Below, in pieces: positions 39,901 through 52,700 of a stretch of DNA of 64,000 nt (the stretch's first letter is position 1; each line of letters starts with the position of its first letter). Source of the stretch: Hyphochytrium catenoides (lineage: Eukaryota > Protista > Hyphochytriomycota). A model generated the notes under the pieces. It saw nothing but the letters and a program-made list of their open reading frames with translations. It was not told the DNA's origin and did no database searches. The stretch is from positions 1 through 64,000 of the forward strand of contig FLMG01000335.1 in assembly GCA_900088475.1 (NCBI GenBank), written 5' to 3'. The position numbers were made by a program, and so were the translations under genes.

Positions 39901-42900
39901 TGCCATGTGGGTTCTCTATTGTTGAGCGCCTATCTCAATTTTCTCTCGTTGCTTCTTGGCAAGCTGCGTTCTCGGTCTCACCTCCTCTTTTCTCGATAAT
40001 GCCAGTAGAGCTAGAGCATATCGAGAGTGATACTTCGCGTGAAAATCTTCGGCTACGGTTGACGCAAGGGACGGATGCTTGTTGTACAAAGCTGCAGCAA
40101 AAATTGCAAACACAAGCAGACCAGGTCAACATGAAGCAACGGAGTAGCTACCGCAGGTAGAAGCGTTGAGCTTGGTACGAGCCTACCGATCATACTCTCA
40201 TGGTCCTTGACAAGCGCAAAAATCACACTAAGAGCCACTATCGCAGGTGCAGCATCTGGCACGACCTCTACCAAGTAGGAGTACTAGGACAACGGCGGAC
40301 ATAAGCAAAGAAATAGTTTAGTGTTATGGGCATTTAAACAAGCCCGCTACCGCTGGTGGACCATCAGTGAGCAAAAGGTAATGGCAATTGATAGGGGCCA
40401 AAAAGAGACCGGTAGGTTGGTTACCTTTCTGCTTTCATCATCAATGGTTGTCGTCTTCTGAAGAGCTAGGGCTAGGTTGGTATAGTAGTGCGGGAAGGTA
40501 TGGTCCAATGTAAGAGCATGCTCTAGAAATTCTCTGCTCTCCTGGTATCTCTCCCTCCTAAGAGGCGATTGACAACGCAGGTTGCGATGAGACAAGACCA
40601 AGGACTAACCAAAGGGGGCTGTCAAGCCAAGTTGAAGAAGAGTGGATACGACTTTGCAGGCCCAAAAAATAAGCAAGGCATGGGGGCACACTTACTTGAA
40701 CTCAATTATCCCTAACACTTCCCATCCTTCCGAGTCATCTGGTCTCACTACCGTGTACCTCCGGCAAGCTGCGACTGCTCGGTGAAGATTCTTTCCTTCG
40801 TTGAACTGGTAGAGTTTAAGGAACTATGGTAGCTCTTAGACCCCACTAGAACTTTCCGTATAGAGGAAACAGGGTAATACGAGCGGAAGGCAGTGCTGGG
40901 GACAAAAACAGATAATAAGGAAATGACAGCTGTCAAGGCAAACGGGACCTTAGAGGAATCAATCTAGTTTGACAACTCACATGCACATCTCGAAGCACAC
41001 TTACCCTAGCCAGAACCGTGTCAGATCGCTCTTTTTGGATGGCATCATTCATCCTCACCCTTTCCTCACTATCACCCAGGTGCATGCTTATGTGGCGGAG
41101 TGAGTTCCCTGCCCTGTCTCCTCTCGGCAGATCACGCACTTCCGTTTGCCTCCGCAAGGTGAGCCTATCCTGACGCCAGTGCCAAGCTTCCCACATAGCT
41201 TGGTATGACTTCAAGTCGAATGAGCCAGCAAGAACAAAAGTTCGTGACGTAATTAAGGTCTGTAAGAATGCGAGAGGGGTGTCGTAGAGCCTAACTAAAA
41301 TATCTAGGCGGTGATAGATCGCAGAACCAGCGACTACTTCCCTTCTGGGACATTGTTTCAACAGTGATGACCGGAAAAACATTGAATACTTCTCCCTTGG
41401 AGGATCCTTATACAGATTCTTCCTTACCGCCTCAATCTCTTTAATGGTCCTCTCAGTAGAAAAGTGCGGGGATGAGATCAGTCCTTTTGCCACCTTTTCT
41501 CTCATTTCTAGAAGGGCATGTTTCCCTTGCTCGCGTCCCAAGCCTACAGCAACTTCCTCATAGTCCTTCAGACTATGCACCACCAGCTCGCTTAAGTTCA
41601 GCTGCCTGAGAAAGCTAGCTGCTACTCGGGAATGAAAGGTTTCTCCTGTGACGTGCGGTTAGAGCTCAGTGTGTGAAACATTGAAAGACCAAGTGGGGGA
41701 CATGAAAGAAACGAATTGACAACCGGTTGTGTATGTCAGAGTGCAGAGCACAAACCTCCAAAAAAAATAGACATCAGGATTGTAAAGTAACTAATAGTGT
41801 CAGCATACAGCCGCTGAGAAACGCGCCAGGAAAATAGGTCAAGCAATAGAAAGTGCGGCAAAATAGTGCTTGGTGCACCTTCTAGGGTAACAATAGGCAC
41901 AAATGCCCACAGCGCGTCTGAGGCAGTAGTATGTGCAGTGTAAATGAGAGTGTCCAGAAACAGATCGCAGAAGCCGAGCCTTTCCAGATGTTCCTCCCGA
42001 GGGAGCGAGGGAGAAAATAGTATCCGCTTTGGGTCGACACCTCTCGATGCAGCCTCAGCATGAAGATTCTTGATGAGGGGCTCAACTTTTGGAAGTGATG
42101 GCTGAAGGAGCCAGAGGACGCTCCCGGGCACTCTACGAAGCACTAAAGGTAGGTTTAGTAGGGGAGCCAAACCACTACACGTCGCACGGCAGAGTGATGG
42201 GCATAGTGCTCCGCCTGTAAGCTTACCATTCATCCAGAGTGTGAAGGACGTTGGTTCCAGCTTATTAAGAGTATTAAAGTTGCAATAGACGGTCGAGGCA
42301 CTCGCAGGGATACTCCAGGCATGTCGCTGGCCTTCCTGTAGTAAGGAAGGCAAACAAGAAAGTGACGATCGGAGGGGCGGAAAGTAAAGAAGGAAGAGAG
42401 TGCCGTTAGGATTTTGGAAAGCCTCAAACCTACCAGGACTATGTAGAGCCATGAGTCCTAGGAGTGAAGACTATTCAGAGATACCTTTCTGCAGGTATCA
42501 TTGGTATAACAGGACGGTACATGCCAGGGGTAGTCATTCACTTGATAGCTCTGAGGAAGGTAGACCACTTTCTCTGTAACCGAGTATGCCTCTTCCCCCG
42601 GGATAACAGCAGCGGACGCTAGCAGAAAGTCCATGAAGGTGGACCCAGAGGTACCAGGATAACCTAGGTAGTTCACTAACAGCCGTCCCGGTTTTAGCGC
42701 TGTGAGAGTGTACCTAAGAAGGAAGCCAAACAGGTTCAAGAGTGACTGAGATCGGTATATATAAAGTCCAGACAGAGTTAGTGTTGCCCTTACGAGAGAA
42801 AGTTGCGCATGTTGAAGGCAGGTAGAAAGAACAGAGGTGCGACATGGTTCAGTGAGTAGAGTGTTGTTGGCCTGGCATAGATAAGCGAATGATAAGGATG

Positions 42901-45306
42901 GATGAACACGATCGATGAGGCTGAGCAAAAGTAGAAGATTGGAGGAGAGGGAGAAACGTAGGCGTTCCTTGGGCCACCGAGACGCCGGTTTTACCTAGAT
43001 CCTCTGGTGTGTACCATAAGGTCCACCACGATATCAAAGTCACGCTCCGCAGCCGCTTTGGCTGCGTCTAAGTCTCCCATGACTTCCAAATCCATAAAGA
43101 GATCACTATTTTTTTCAACTTTCATCCTCCATTCAGAACCATCGTTAGGTCCATAAGAAAGAGCGGAGACAAAAAAGCTCGTGCGATTGTGCTCTTCGAA
43201 GAGGCGCGACGTAAGCTGGCCCATGGGATGAGTTCTAAAGTCAAAGCTGAGATAACCCAATCGGAGGACTCTCCTGCTACTCAGGGTCTCCGATGAAGGC
43301 TCGGGCAGATCTACCTGCTTGATATTCCTGGAGAGACGAAAATGGATCATTAACTGGTTTGGCGGGGTTACTAGTGTACGCCAGCAGAAAGGTCGCCATG
43401 GAGATGAAGAGCGATGACGTGGGACGACCGAGGGTTTCATTCTACAAACGGATGACTACTTGCCCCTTGCCTATAAAATAGTCCTAGCGTCTAGGAATCG
43501 ATCATTCCGGTTCTGCCATTGCAGAGTCGTCTTACCAGGGTGTCGCCATGGCTGGAATAAGAAGTGATAATTTCTTGTTACTAAGAGGCATCAGGAGGGT
43601 CTCGTACGGCATAAGAGCCGGTGCTTTATGGGCAGCGACCGAAGAGTCTGCCCTCACAACGGTCGTCAGCAGTAGACAGAGCAGGAAAGAGAGAACGCAA
43701 GATAGCAACGTGAAGGTGTCGCAGACAATTAGACTCAAGGAGTAGCAAGAGATCACTTTAGACTCAAGAAGTAACAAAGATCATGTGAGAAAAGCAGCAG
43801 CAAGAAATGGACCTAGGTAATCTAGCAAAGGAAATGGCAGCACCAGACAAGTCCAGCAGAGTATCTGTCCACGCTTCAAAGTCCTTCCAATACCAAGAGT
43901 TACGCATGGCAGTATGGAGCACATAGATCGAACTCCCTTCTGGGCGCAGCTCAACCGCTTTGAAGTTCATCTGTAAAGCACCGAGAACATCACCCGCGTC
44001 TCTGTTCGGCGAGGATCCCCAGAAGCGATAAGGTCAGGAAGAGCTTTAACGACAATGAATCATCACAGCTGAAAAAGGAACAACCATTGGGCAAGAAATT
44101 GCAGACAAAACATCTCGTTTTTAAAAGATTTGACGGGCAAGCCCTCTGTTCAGATGTACGAGCTGACCTCATATACTGTCCGATGTTGCCATATGCCGCC
44201 ATACGGATATGCAAGGGCACCGACTCGCTGGTTGCAACCACCAGCGTGTACTCAATGGCCTTCTTCGTATCTTTGCTAGCAAAATTTCTTGTCAATTTAT
44301 GTCTGTCCATCTCTGAAGAGCGCTCTCTTACCGGTAGAACCAGTTGATACCCAGATTGAGGTAAGCGTTGGCAGAAGTAGGATCTATCTCAATTGTCTAT
44401 GTAGGTTTGCGCGGCAAGAGGAGAAAGGCATTAAGAAGGGTTGGACAGAAAGCATGCGGGGATGTTGACAGCGAGCTAGCATTTCCACCTTTTCTAGAAG
44501 GTCATGCGCAGCAAGATAGTTGCCCATGCGCTGCAGAGTGGAAGCTTTATTATATAGAGCATTTGAACTATTCTGGTCCTGTGGAACAAAAAGGTTGAGG
44601 TTAAAGAGAGGTCGAGACCTTCATCGCTTAAGCGCTGCAGATTGGCTGGCTAGAAGGCCCGAACTGAACCGTGGAGGCAGACTTGCACAGTGGAATAGGT
44701 AGACAAGAAAGACTGGCAAGATCCCGTCCTTACCTCCTTCAACGCGAGGTCGAAGGCTTCATCGGCAGCGCGCAGTGCCACGAGGTCCTTGCCCCCCAAA
44801 GTTAGGTATGCGTGCCCAATGCCGTTGTAGGCGACTGACCGCTCACTGGCCGTGCTAGCCAACGTCACAGCTTTGTTGAATGCCTCCAAAGCTCTCGTCA
44901 AGTCTGCTAACCCCACGTAGGCATTGCCTATCCCAACGTAAGCATTGGACTTGTCTCCATTTATCTTTTGAAACTGCAATAGAGGCGTTAAACTCTTCTG
45001 ATGACGAAGAGACTTTCGTTGTGCATTGAACTGCCTCACCTTCTGGAACTCTTGCAATGCAAGCTCGTATTTGCCCTCCTCTACGGCCAGGTGGGCTTGG
45101 GCTAGAAGCTCCTCAGAATACCCATTTGCCAACCCCAAGCCAGCTTGTACCTTCCCATTTACCAGAGCATGAAGCACGAGTATGAGACAGAATGCACGAC
45201 AGATGTTATAGCACGGTCCATGGTGTTTATGTGCAGAAGTGCTAGATGGGGCAGATCTACTAAGGTTGTTTGGCATGATTCTCCTCAACACGGGAGGAAA
45301 CCTCAT
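36942..45306 (-). CDS. Signal/TM - TPR - GT41 (OGT/SEC-type) - TPR - GT4-like glycosyltransferase fusion, many exons
   Basis: GT41 motifs: RLGYLSFDFRTHP, DIVVDLMVHTRG, NYLGYPGTSG, VYCNFNTLNKL, LRRVPGSVLWLL, DLFLDTL.YTAHTTASDALWA. A phase-0 intron at 41004-40824 links these to further TPR exons and a GT-B domain (GIGGSEEAVIFL, LLWLHDV, PNGL, FIYGSAPNRGL, YPTTYPET|GCVSLMKALAMGAIPITS, FSWSHAASIW). Domain calls are firm; the single-gene model is inferred. Confidence 0.8.
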
Positions 45307-48300
45307 TGCCCGGCCTGCTGCCCAGCTCAAGAGCTAAAGTCCATTCTGTGAGCTTCTGAGTGGTTGGCTGACGCAGCTACCGTCTTATGAACAGCGAGAG
45401 CACGTTGGGCTAGCAGGGAGATGCCATACCTTCAGGAGTCGGCCTTCTTCAGCGAGTCAGTGCTTGCCGATCCCTGATCGCAGAATCACTTACTTCACGC
45501 CCAGAAGATCAGCCTCATGCTTCACTTCAACTTCCTTCCCCGGGGCCAGTAACATCTAGAATACTCTCTGTCATATCAGCGATAGCAAACGTCTAATGGA
45601 GCATTATTCTATAATACAAGCGATAGGTGTCAATGAAAGGTTTTGGCCGCAGGATCTTCATTAGTAACACGCCTACGTCCTCTGATCTTCAATCTTGAGC
45701 CCACTTCATCACTAGCAGCACGGCCCGCCGACCGTCCCTGGTTGACGGGGTAGACTCCATCAGTAGGAAGACAGCAGCAGCTGTTTCCGCTGTTTCTTAC
45801 CCAGTTGCTGAGCATCATAACCCGAGGCAAGATGATGGTCCTGGTAAAGCATTCAGCCAAGTATAGCCTTCATACATAGCGGTCGGTTATTCTTTTCTTC
45901 AATAACGCGATATCAGTGTAGTTTTTATAAAAAGTACTTCTCTTCTATGGTAGAGTTGATCGCCCTGGTGTCTTCGTGAGGCAGGACGACGACCTTAACG
46001 GGATCTATTTGGCTTTGCGACGGGGGCACACTGATGTCTCCGACGAGTTTGCCGATACCTGATACGAAGTGTTCGTCCTCGGCTGCTGCGACAGTCGTGA
46101 GGCAAGGATCAAGAAGGAGTGACAACAACCTCGCCGCTGCCTAGCTTTTTCTGAAGCTCGCATGAATCATAGCGTCTCAATGTGAGCGTAAATTCATCGA
46201 AAAAAAGGGGCTTTTGGGTGGTGTTGTGCGACTGCTCCTAAGGTACGCAACAACTCCTGCTCTCTTTGGTGGTCCTATGGTGAGCAGAGGAGGCACCAAA
46301 GAACAACAAAAACAGCGGGCTCGATTATCAACTATAAGCAGGGCAGCATAGACTCAGAGGGCGGATCAGCCGGAAGAGATAAGATTGATACTGTCTACAC
46401 GACCACGTCCTCTTGACACAATGTTCTAGCTGGTCGTTAGCCTTAGACGATGGCTGAAATCATGGTATCTTTGGGCTTCTTGTTCGCTCCAGCGGATCCA
46501 GCAGACAATGTGCATTTTTGACGATGCAGCAATGGGGACTTTAGAGGGTGGCGAATGACGACAACCTCAGCGCAACTATCAACTAGCAACTTTTTCTCAT
46601 ATGGATAAGTCCGGCTCTACTCTAGTAACCTTTAGACTATTGTATGGGTACCCTGACAAGGACTTTTGAGCCAGATGATGTTCCCACCACTCTGACCAGC
46701 TCTCCACCCAGACAAGCTCCTCGAAAAAGTCCTTGATAGATAGGACGGGATAAAGAGAACTCTATCCGGAGCATTGGTAAGGCAGAAAGGAAGGTGGCCT
46801 AAGAACCAGGGTAATGACTCTTGCTAAAGAAAGAAAGACGGATCGAAGATTGATTGTAACTGTTCCAGCAGGAGATGACGCTACACCTTGAAGGTGCACT
46901 ATAGTGACGGTAAATAGTCTCTCCTGTATAAGGTATCAGGGTCTGTACCAGTAAACCTCAGGATACCGTCGAGAGACAAGCAAGAGATGTAGGTGCGTGG
47001 CGGTAACCAGTGGCTCATCATCCTCTCTTCCTTCCAACCGCATTCACATGAGAGTGTTACATCTACCCAATGGATTGGCAGACGGAAGTAAGTGCTCCTT
47101 CCCTACAGGAGTTACCTTGATAAACCGTGTTGTCGAGTGATCTCCTCCCTGCTGCTTCAAAACCACTTATCAATCTTTTGGAGGTACAGTGCTAGTGCAT
47201 CTAGTAGGGGTTTCGAAAATGGCTGAAAGATCCGTTGTTACCGCCATCCAGCAACCGCAGTTCGCTTTCCTGCACCAAATGGGTATTCATCTATTGGGTC
47301 ATTCCTGTTAGACGCCGTAGGTCTATCACCTTTGTCTCTTCATGTCTAATGCCTGCTGGGAGTTCTATACTGTATGGGCAGAGCAGTGGAGCCTTCTCCT
47401 CTTCATCCCATCGTTATCAAACCGCCAAACAGAAAGCATTCAAGCAAGTAGGGGCCGTTACAGGTCAGCAATCTGATGACAAAGCATTTTGGAGCTCAAG
47501 CCACAGCCTTAAGTTAAGTTGAGGCGTGTCACGGCTCTGTCTCCCCTTTCTTCCCCACCTCTGCTCTCTCTCACCCTCTCCACTCTGTCAGCAGAGTACT
47601 TCTTGAGGTCGTCTTTTCCATTGGTCGGTCTGATAAAACCAGGATTGGACATCCGAGGTAATGAGTTTGAGTTGTTGGCCGCAGCGCCAGGTGCCTCATC
47701 TGAAGAAGAAGAATAATGGTGCTAGGAATAATGGAGAAGGCCGCTGTCAAGCTGTCTGCAGTCTGAACCGCCAGCAGGTTGGTCCAAAGTCGTCACGCAG
47801 GAGACGTTACAAGGAAAGGGAAACGTAAGAAGCGAGCGCCTTTATGATGGGAGAGATAAGAGATAAGTGCGAACACTACTCTACTAGCGAAGCAACGTAG
47901 AGTTCTACATGAGGTGCGGACGTAGTAATGACTACATAAGCAAGGCCGTGGTACTAAGAAAGCAGTCTAAGAATAATAGTGCGCACAAAGTGTACAGAAG
48001 GCCAAAAGTCAAAGATTCCCAACAGAAAGCCAGCACTTTGGAACGACAGTGGCCTCTTTTCCTTTTTCCCCTTCCGCCCACCTGCTTTGTCCTTTTTCCC
48101 TCTCTCTCTCTCTGTGCGTTTTGTCTCCCCCTTTATAAAACAAATAAATATATAGGAAGTGCAGCGCTCTGTCTCAACTCTCCATAACAAGTGGGTAGAA
48201 CAGCAGTTTTACATTGATAACGTTCGTCCTTTCCGTGTGTCCTTTGGCTTGTCATCACAGGAGTAGTTCTATGTGACAGGCACAACTGCCTTTATTCTTC

Positions 48301-49729
48301 CCTCCCCCTCATCTCCTCCATTGTTCTTCTCGTCATAGCGCTGCATCGATCGCATCCATTGTTCTGCTGCTTCCCTTATTCTGTCCACACCCGCAGTCGT
48401 ACCTCGAGTTCCACTATGTTTTGCCTTGTGATTGCAGAATGACAGAGCTAGGAACTCTATAGAGACTTTGCTCATTGAATGTAGGGAGCCGGTGCAGTGT
48501 ACAATACACGTACATTTCATTAGACCCAATTATTAGCTAGTGCTATAGGTTTTGGGTTGGACAGCACCACGCATAAACCATAAATAAAGAGAGAGGGATA
48601 CAGCACAATCGTGGACAAACTTATTCCTCTGTGATCTCATGATAGATAGACTGTGGCTTATTTCGAATGTAGGCGAAGAAAGGACACGTTGCAGGCCTTG
48701 GGAAAGGACCTAAAGTGTAATCATTCGGAATCAGTGGACGGGTTAATTGAAGTCTTGCTGTGGTCTCCCAGACTATAGAAATGTATGGCCTACCTCCCAG
48801 TCTAAATAAAGTACGGTAATAAGGTGCTTTGTCAAAGACATAATGGCCAGTAGCGGCGAAGGATCAAGGCAAGCATAATCCCCACCTTACCTCAACCATA
48901 ACGCTATCGGAATACGATTAGGAGGTGCGGAGGTGGGAGAAGGGACAAAAAAGACTGGGAGAACAGCAGGGAGGAGGGGAGGAGGAGGGAAGTGCCGTGA
49001 TGAGGAGACACAGGAGCGGCGGCGCGCTGCTGCATCCTCGCAGACAGAGACGTCTGTCTTCTGTCACGGCACCCAGTCTGGACCTCAACTGCGGTTCAGA
49101 ACAGCATTTTCATGAGCTTGGCCTTCAGAAACAGAGCAGGAAGTACTATAGAGAAGCGAGAGGTGTGTGCGATCTCAAGTGATCTGCGCGAGGGAGGCGG
49201 TTTGCTCGTTCTTGGGATCACTAGAGTTTTGAGTCGTCCAGAAGAGTGGGGGATTGGTAGTCCTCCTATACTATGAACCTGCATCGTGCGTGAAGCGTAT
49301 AGAGCACCAAAGAGCAGAGGCATCTTCTTTCAGGGTGCAGTTTACGGGGCAGTAGCCCTTATACTCCTAACCCGCATACCCCTGACTTGGATACACCCAT
49401 TTGCTCTCCTCGCGGTATTCTTCCAAGCGAACAGAAACTGTAAAGAGATCTGGCCCAACTCAGCCTAGGTCTTTGGAAAACAGGCCGTTTCCACTATACC
49501 AATGACAGGAAAATAAGATCGTGCCTTCAATGTGCCGCAGTCCAGGGAAGTAGTATCAAGGCAGCTAGACTGGTTTCAGGCGGCAGCCAACCAGGATGCC
49601 AAGCAAACTAGAGGTATCGAGCATCATGTTTGCGGCTACTTTCGGGAGCATGTGCCGTGCGTGGTAGCAATACTTCAACTAGTCTTTACGCGACCGTCTC
49701 TTTTCTATCCTGCCTGCCCTCTTTAGATC

Positions 49730-52700
49730 ATGGAGGCTGAGAGGAACGGTCACGATGATGATGGCCCCTCATCAGTTCGCTTCCAGGAGTTTCCTGTCAC
49801 ACCAGATCTCCAAGTCAGGTCCCCAGATGAGGACCTTATGACAGTAAGTTCGGACTACCTGTGAGAGCAATCCCTATTTGTCATTATAAACCACCATACC
49901 AAGCTTTCTTTATCGAGCGTCTTTTACCATTCTCCTTGCGTAGTTCCGTAACTCATGTTCACCTCCCCGACCTTTTTATTTGTCAGCCTGAGCTAGGCTG
50001 CAGCTCTCGAAGGCTCGGTAGCCCCATTCAATGTGCTGATGAGAACGATTTCAGAGTCGTCCATGTCAACAACCCGTCAGCCAATGAGGAGCAGCGTTTT
50101 TGTTCAAATGTCGTCATCACATCGAAGTACACCCCAGTTACCTTTGTGCCCAAAATCCTGTTTTTGGAGTTTAGCAAGCTCGCCAACGCGTACTTCCTCG
50201 TCGTGTCCATCCTTCAAACCATTCCTCTTATCTCCAACACTGGTGGCTATCCAGCATCACTACCCACTCTCATCATCATTATCATGGTTGATGCGATCTT
50301 TGCTGCAATGGAGGATATTAAGCGGCATAAAGCGGACGACATTTGTAACAATCAGACAACTTGCAGGGTATGGACTGCTACAAGTACTGGGTTTATGGTG
50401 GCCGGTTCCTTCCCACTTTTTTCCGCTTCCTTATAACTTTCCCATATAAATCCTCATCAGGGCGACTCATCTAACGATATCTTTTCAATCTATCGATGCC
50501 TCTTAGTTAAACCCTTCCACCGGAGAGTTTGACACGACCAAATGGATTGATGTCAAGGTCGGTGATATCCTCAAAATCAAGAACCACGAGGACATCCCGG
50601 CAGATGTCCTCATCTTGGCAGTAGACGAGGATCCAGAGCGACCACCAACTGGCATCTGCTACGTGGAGACTAAGAGTCTCGATGGTGAGACTAACCTCAA
50701 ACTTCGCCAGGTAATTGGGCATATATTGAAACAGAACTTGTATTTGTGCCCTGTAACCACGGCCTTTCTACCAGGGAGTCGAATGTACCTATTCCTCGGT
50801 CCGTACCGCAGCGGACTTATTAGCACTTAAAGGAAGGCTTGTGTGTGAGAAGCCGAACAACGCTATTCACAAGTTTACAGGGCTGTTTCATCATGATAAC
50901 ACGGGGACGGAAGAGGTCGTATCCCACACAGCAGTCCTTCTTAGGGGTTGTTCCCTACGCAACTCCAACTATATTTATGGACTCGTTTTCAACACGGGGG
51001 GTAAGTCAAGCCCCTGATGGCAAACCTATGCCCAAAGTGTTTATAGTCATTCCTTTCTTCTCCCACTCTTTGGTAACACTTATTGTGGATGATGATTAGA
51101 CGACACCAAGATTATGATGTCAGTTGACGCTCCGCCAACAAAGTGGAGCACCTTAGAGAAGAACATCAACGTGACGATCAAGTGCATTGTCGCTGTCATG
51201 TTCTTTCTCTGCGTGTTCGCAGCCTCCCTCTCTTTGTATTTCAACCTTACCTACCTCAAGAACACGAAGGTAGATGCGAATGTTCTGTCCGCACTAAGAT
51301 TTTTCAGTCCTGCTTGTCTCGTTTCTGCCCCAGCTTTCCTGCTTGCGCGTCCAAAGTTCACTGCATTTATGCATTGATTGCAAGATTTATATTCTCTTAT
51401 GGCCTTCATTCTGTTCGTCCCTGTCATTGCCTTCTGGGTGCCAGTGGTAAAGAGCTAAAGGCCTTCCTCATCGTATCACCAACAGGAAAATGCGTGGTAC
51501 CTCCCGGTCCCCAACAAAGATTTTGTCCGCGCTCCGGCCGGACAATTCTTTGTTGATATGGTTTATTTCTTCCTCCTGATGAACCAGTTTATTCCTATCT
51601 CTCTCTATGTGTCCATGACATCTATTAAATTTCTGCAGTCGTACTTTCTGGTGCAGGTGAGTTGACCTGCTATAAACGCCTATATTCTGTGTTATTGCCT
51701 GGCACCGTTGCTCTACCCTCTTGACCTATCGCGATTTTGCCGAGCTTGGGGTTGTTCTCTACGACCTTATCTCTCTTGGCGCGACTGGCTAATGCTAACT
51801 CTGCGTTGGACGTTGTTTCTACGCTTGGCGTCTTTGGTGCTATCTTTCTCTCACCTAACTCTTCACTATTGCCAAAATAGTCGTCCCGTCTGTAGATACT
51901 CTCACTGACGCTTTTACATAGGATGTCGAAATGTATCATGAGGAGACCGACACACCGGCCCTCTGTAGGACTATGGCTCTTAACGAAGAGTTGGGCCAGA
52001 TTGACTATATTTTCTCGGATAAGACCGGAACCCTGACATGCAATATTATGGAATTTCGGAAGTTGTCCGTCAATGGCGTCTCTTATGGGAAAGGTACCAC
52101 CGAGATCGGGCGAGCGGCCCAGAGAAGGCAAGGAATCGAACTCGCAGCGGACCCAATGGCTGGTAGTACGAGAATCCAGGTTGGCCTCTTGATGGGTTTC
52201 CTGTCTTTCATAAAAAATCGAGTTCCCAGCGCGTTTCTGGAATATACCGGTGACTCTGACTCTTTGTTAATGCCTCTTCCTGTATATCATCCGCAGGCGC
52301 CGTATGTCAATTTTGATGATAGCTCCTTCTTGCGCGATCTGGAAGGAGAGTCGGGAGAAGAACAACGAAAGAAGCTGCAAGAGATGCTGGAACATCTCTC
52401 CGTCTGTCACACAGTGATTCCGGAAAATGTTGAGGGAGAAGGAGTGCGCTTGTCAGCTTCTTCCCCTGATGAGCAAGCGCTGGTGGCTGGAGCAGCAGCC
52501 TTAGGCTACGAGTTCTACCGCCGCGCTCCAGGAGAAGTGTGGATTCGAGTAAGAGGCAAAAGCGTCAAATACGAGGTGCTGGATGTTTTGGAGTTTAACT
52601 CGACGAGGAAGCGAATGTCTGTGATCATCAGGACTCCTGAAGGGAAGGTTAAACTACTCTGCAAGGTAAGGCTGCGAGCCCCACTGTCCGCTGAGCTTGG

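Noticed and set aside
43455-43475. Possible micro-exon with a GC donor in the GT41 gene
   Set aside because: Including it breaks the frame. Direct splicing (PW|NIKQ) is in phase.
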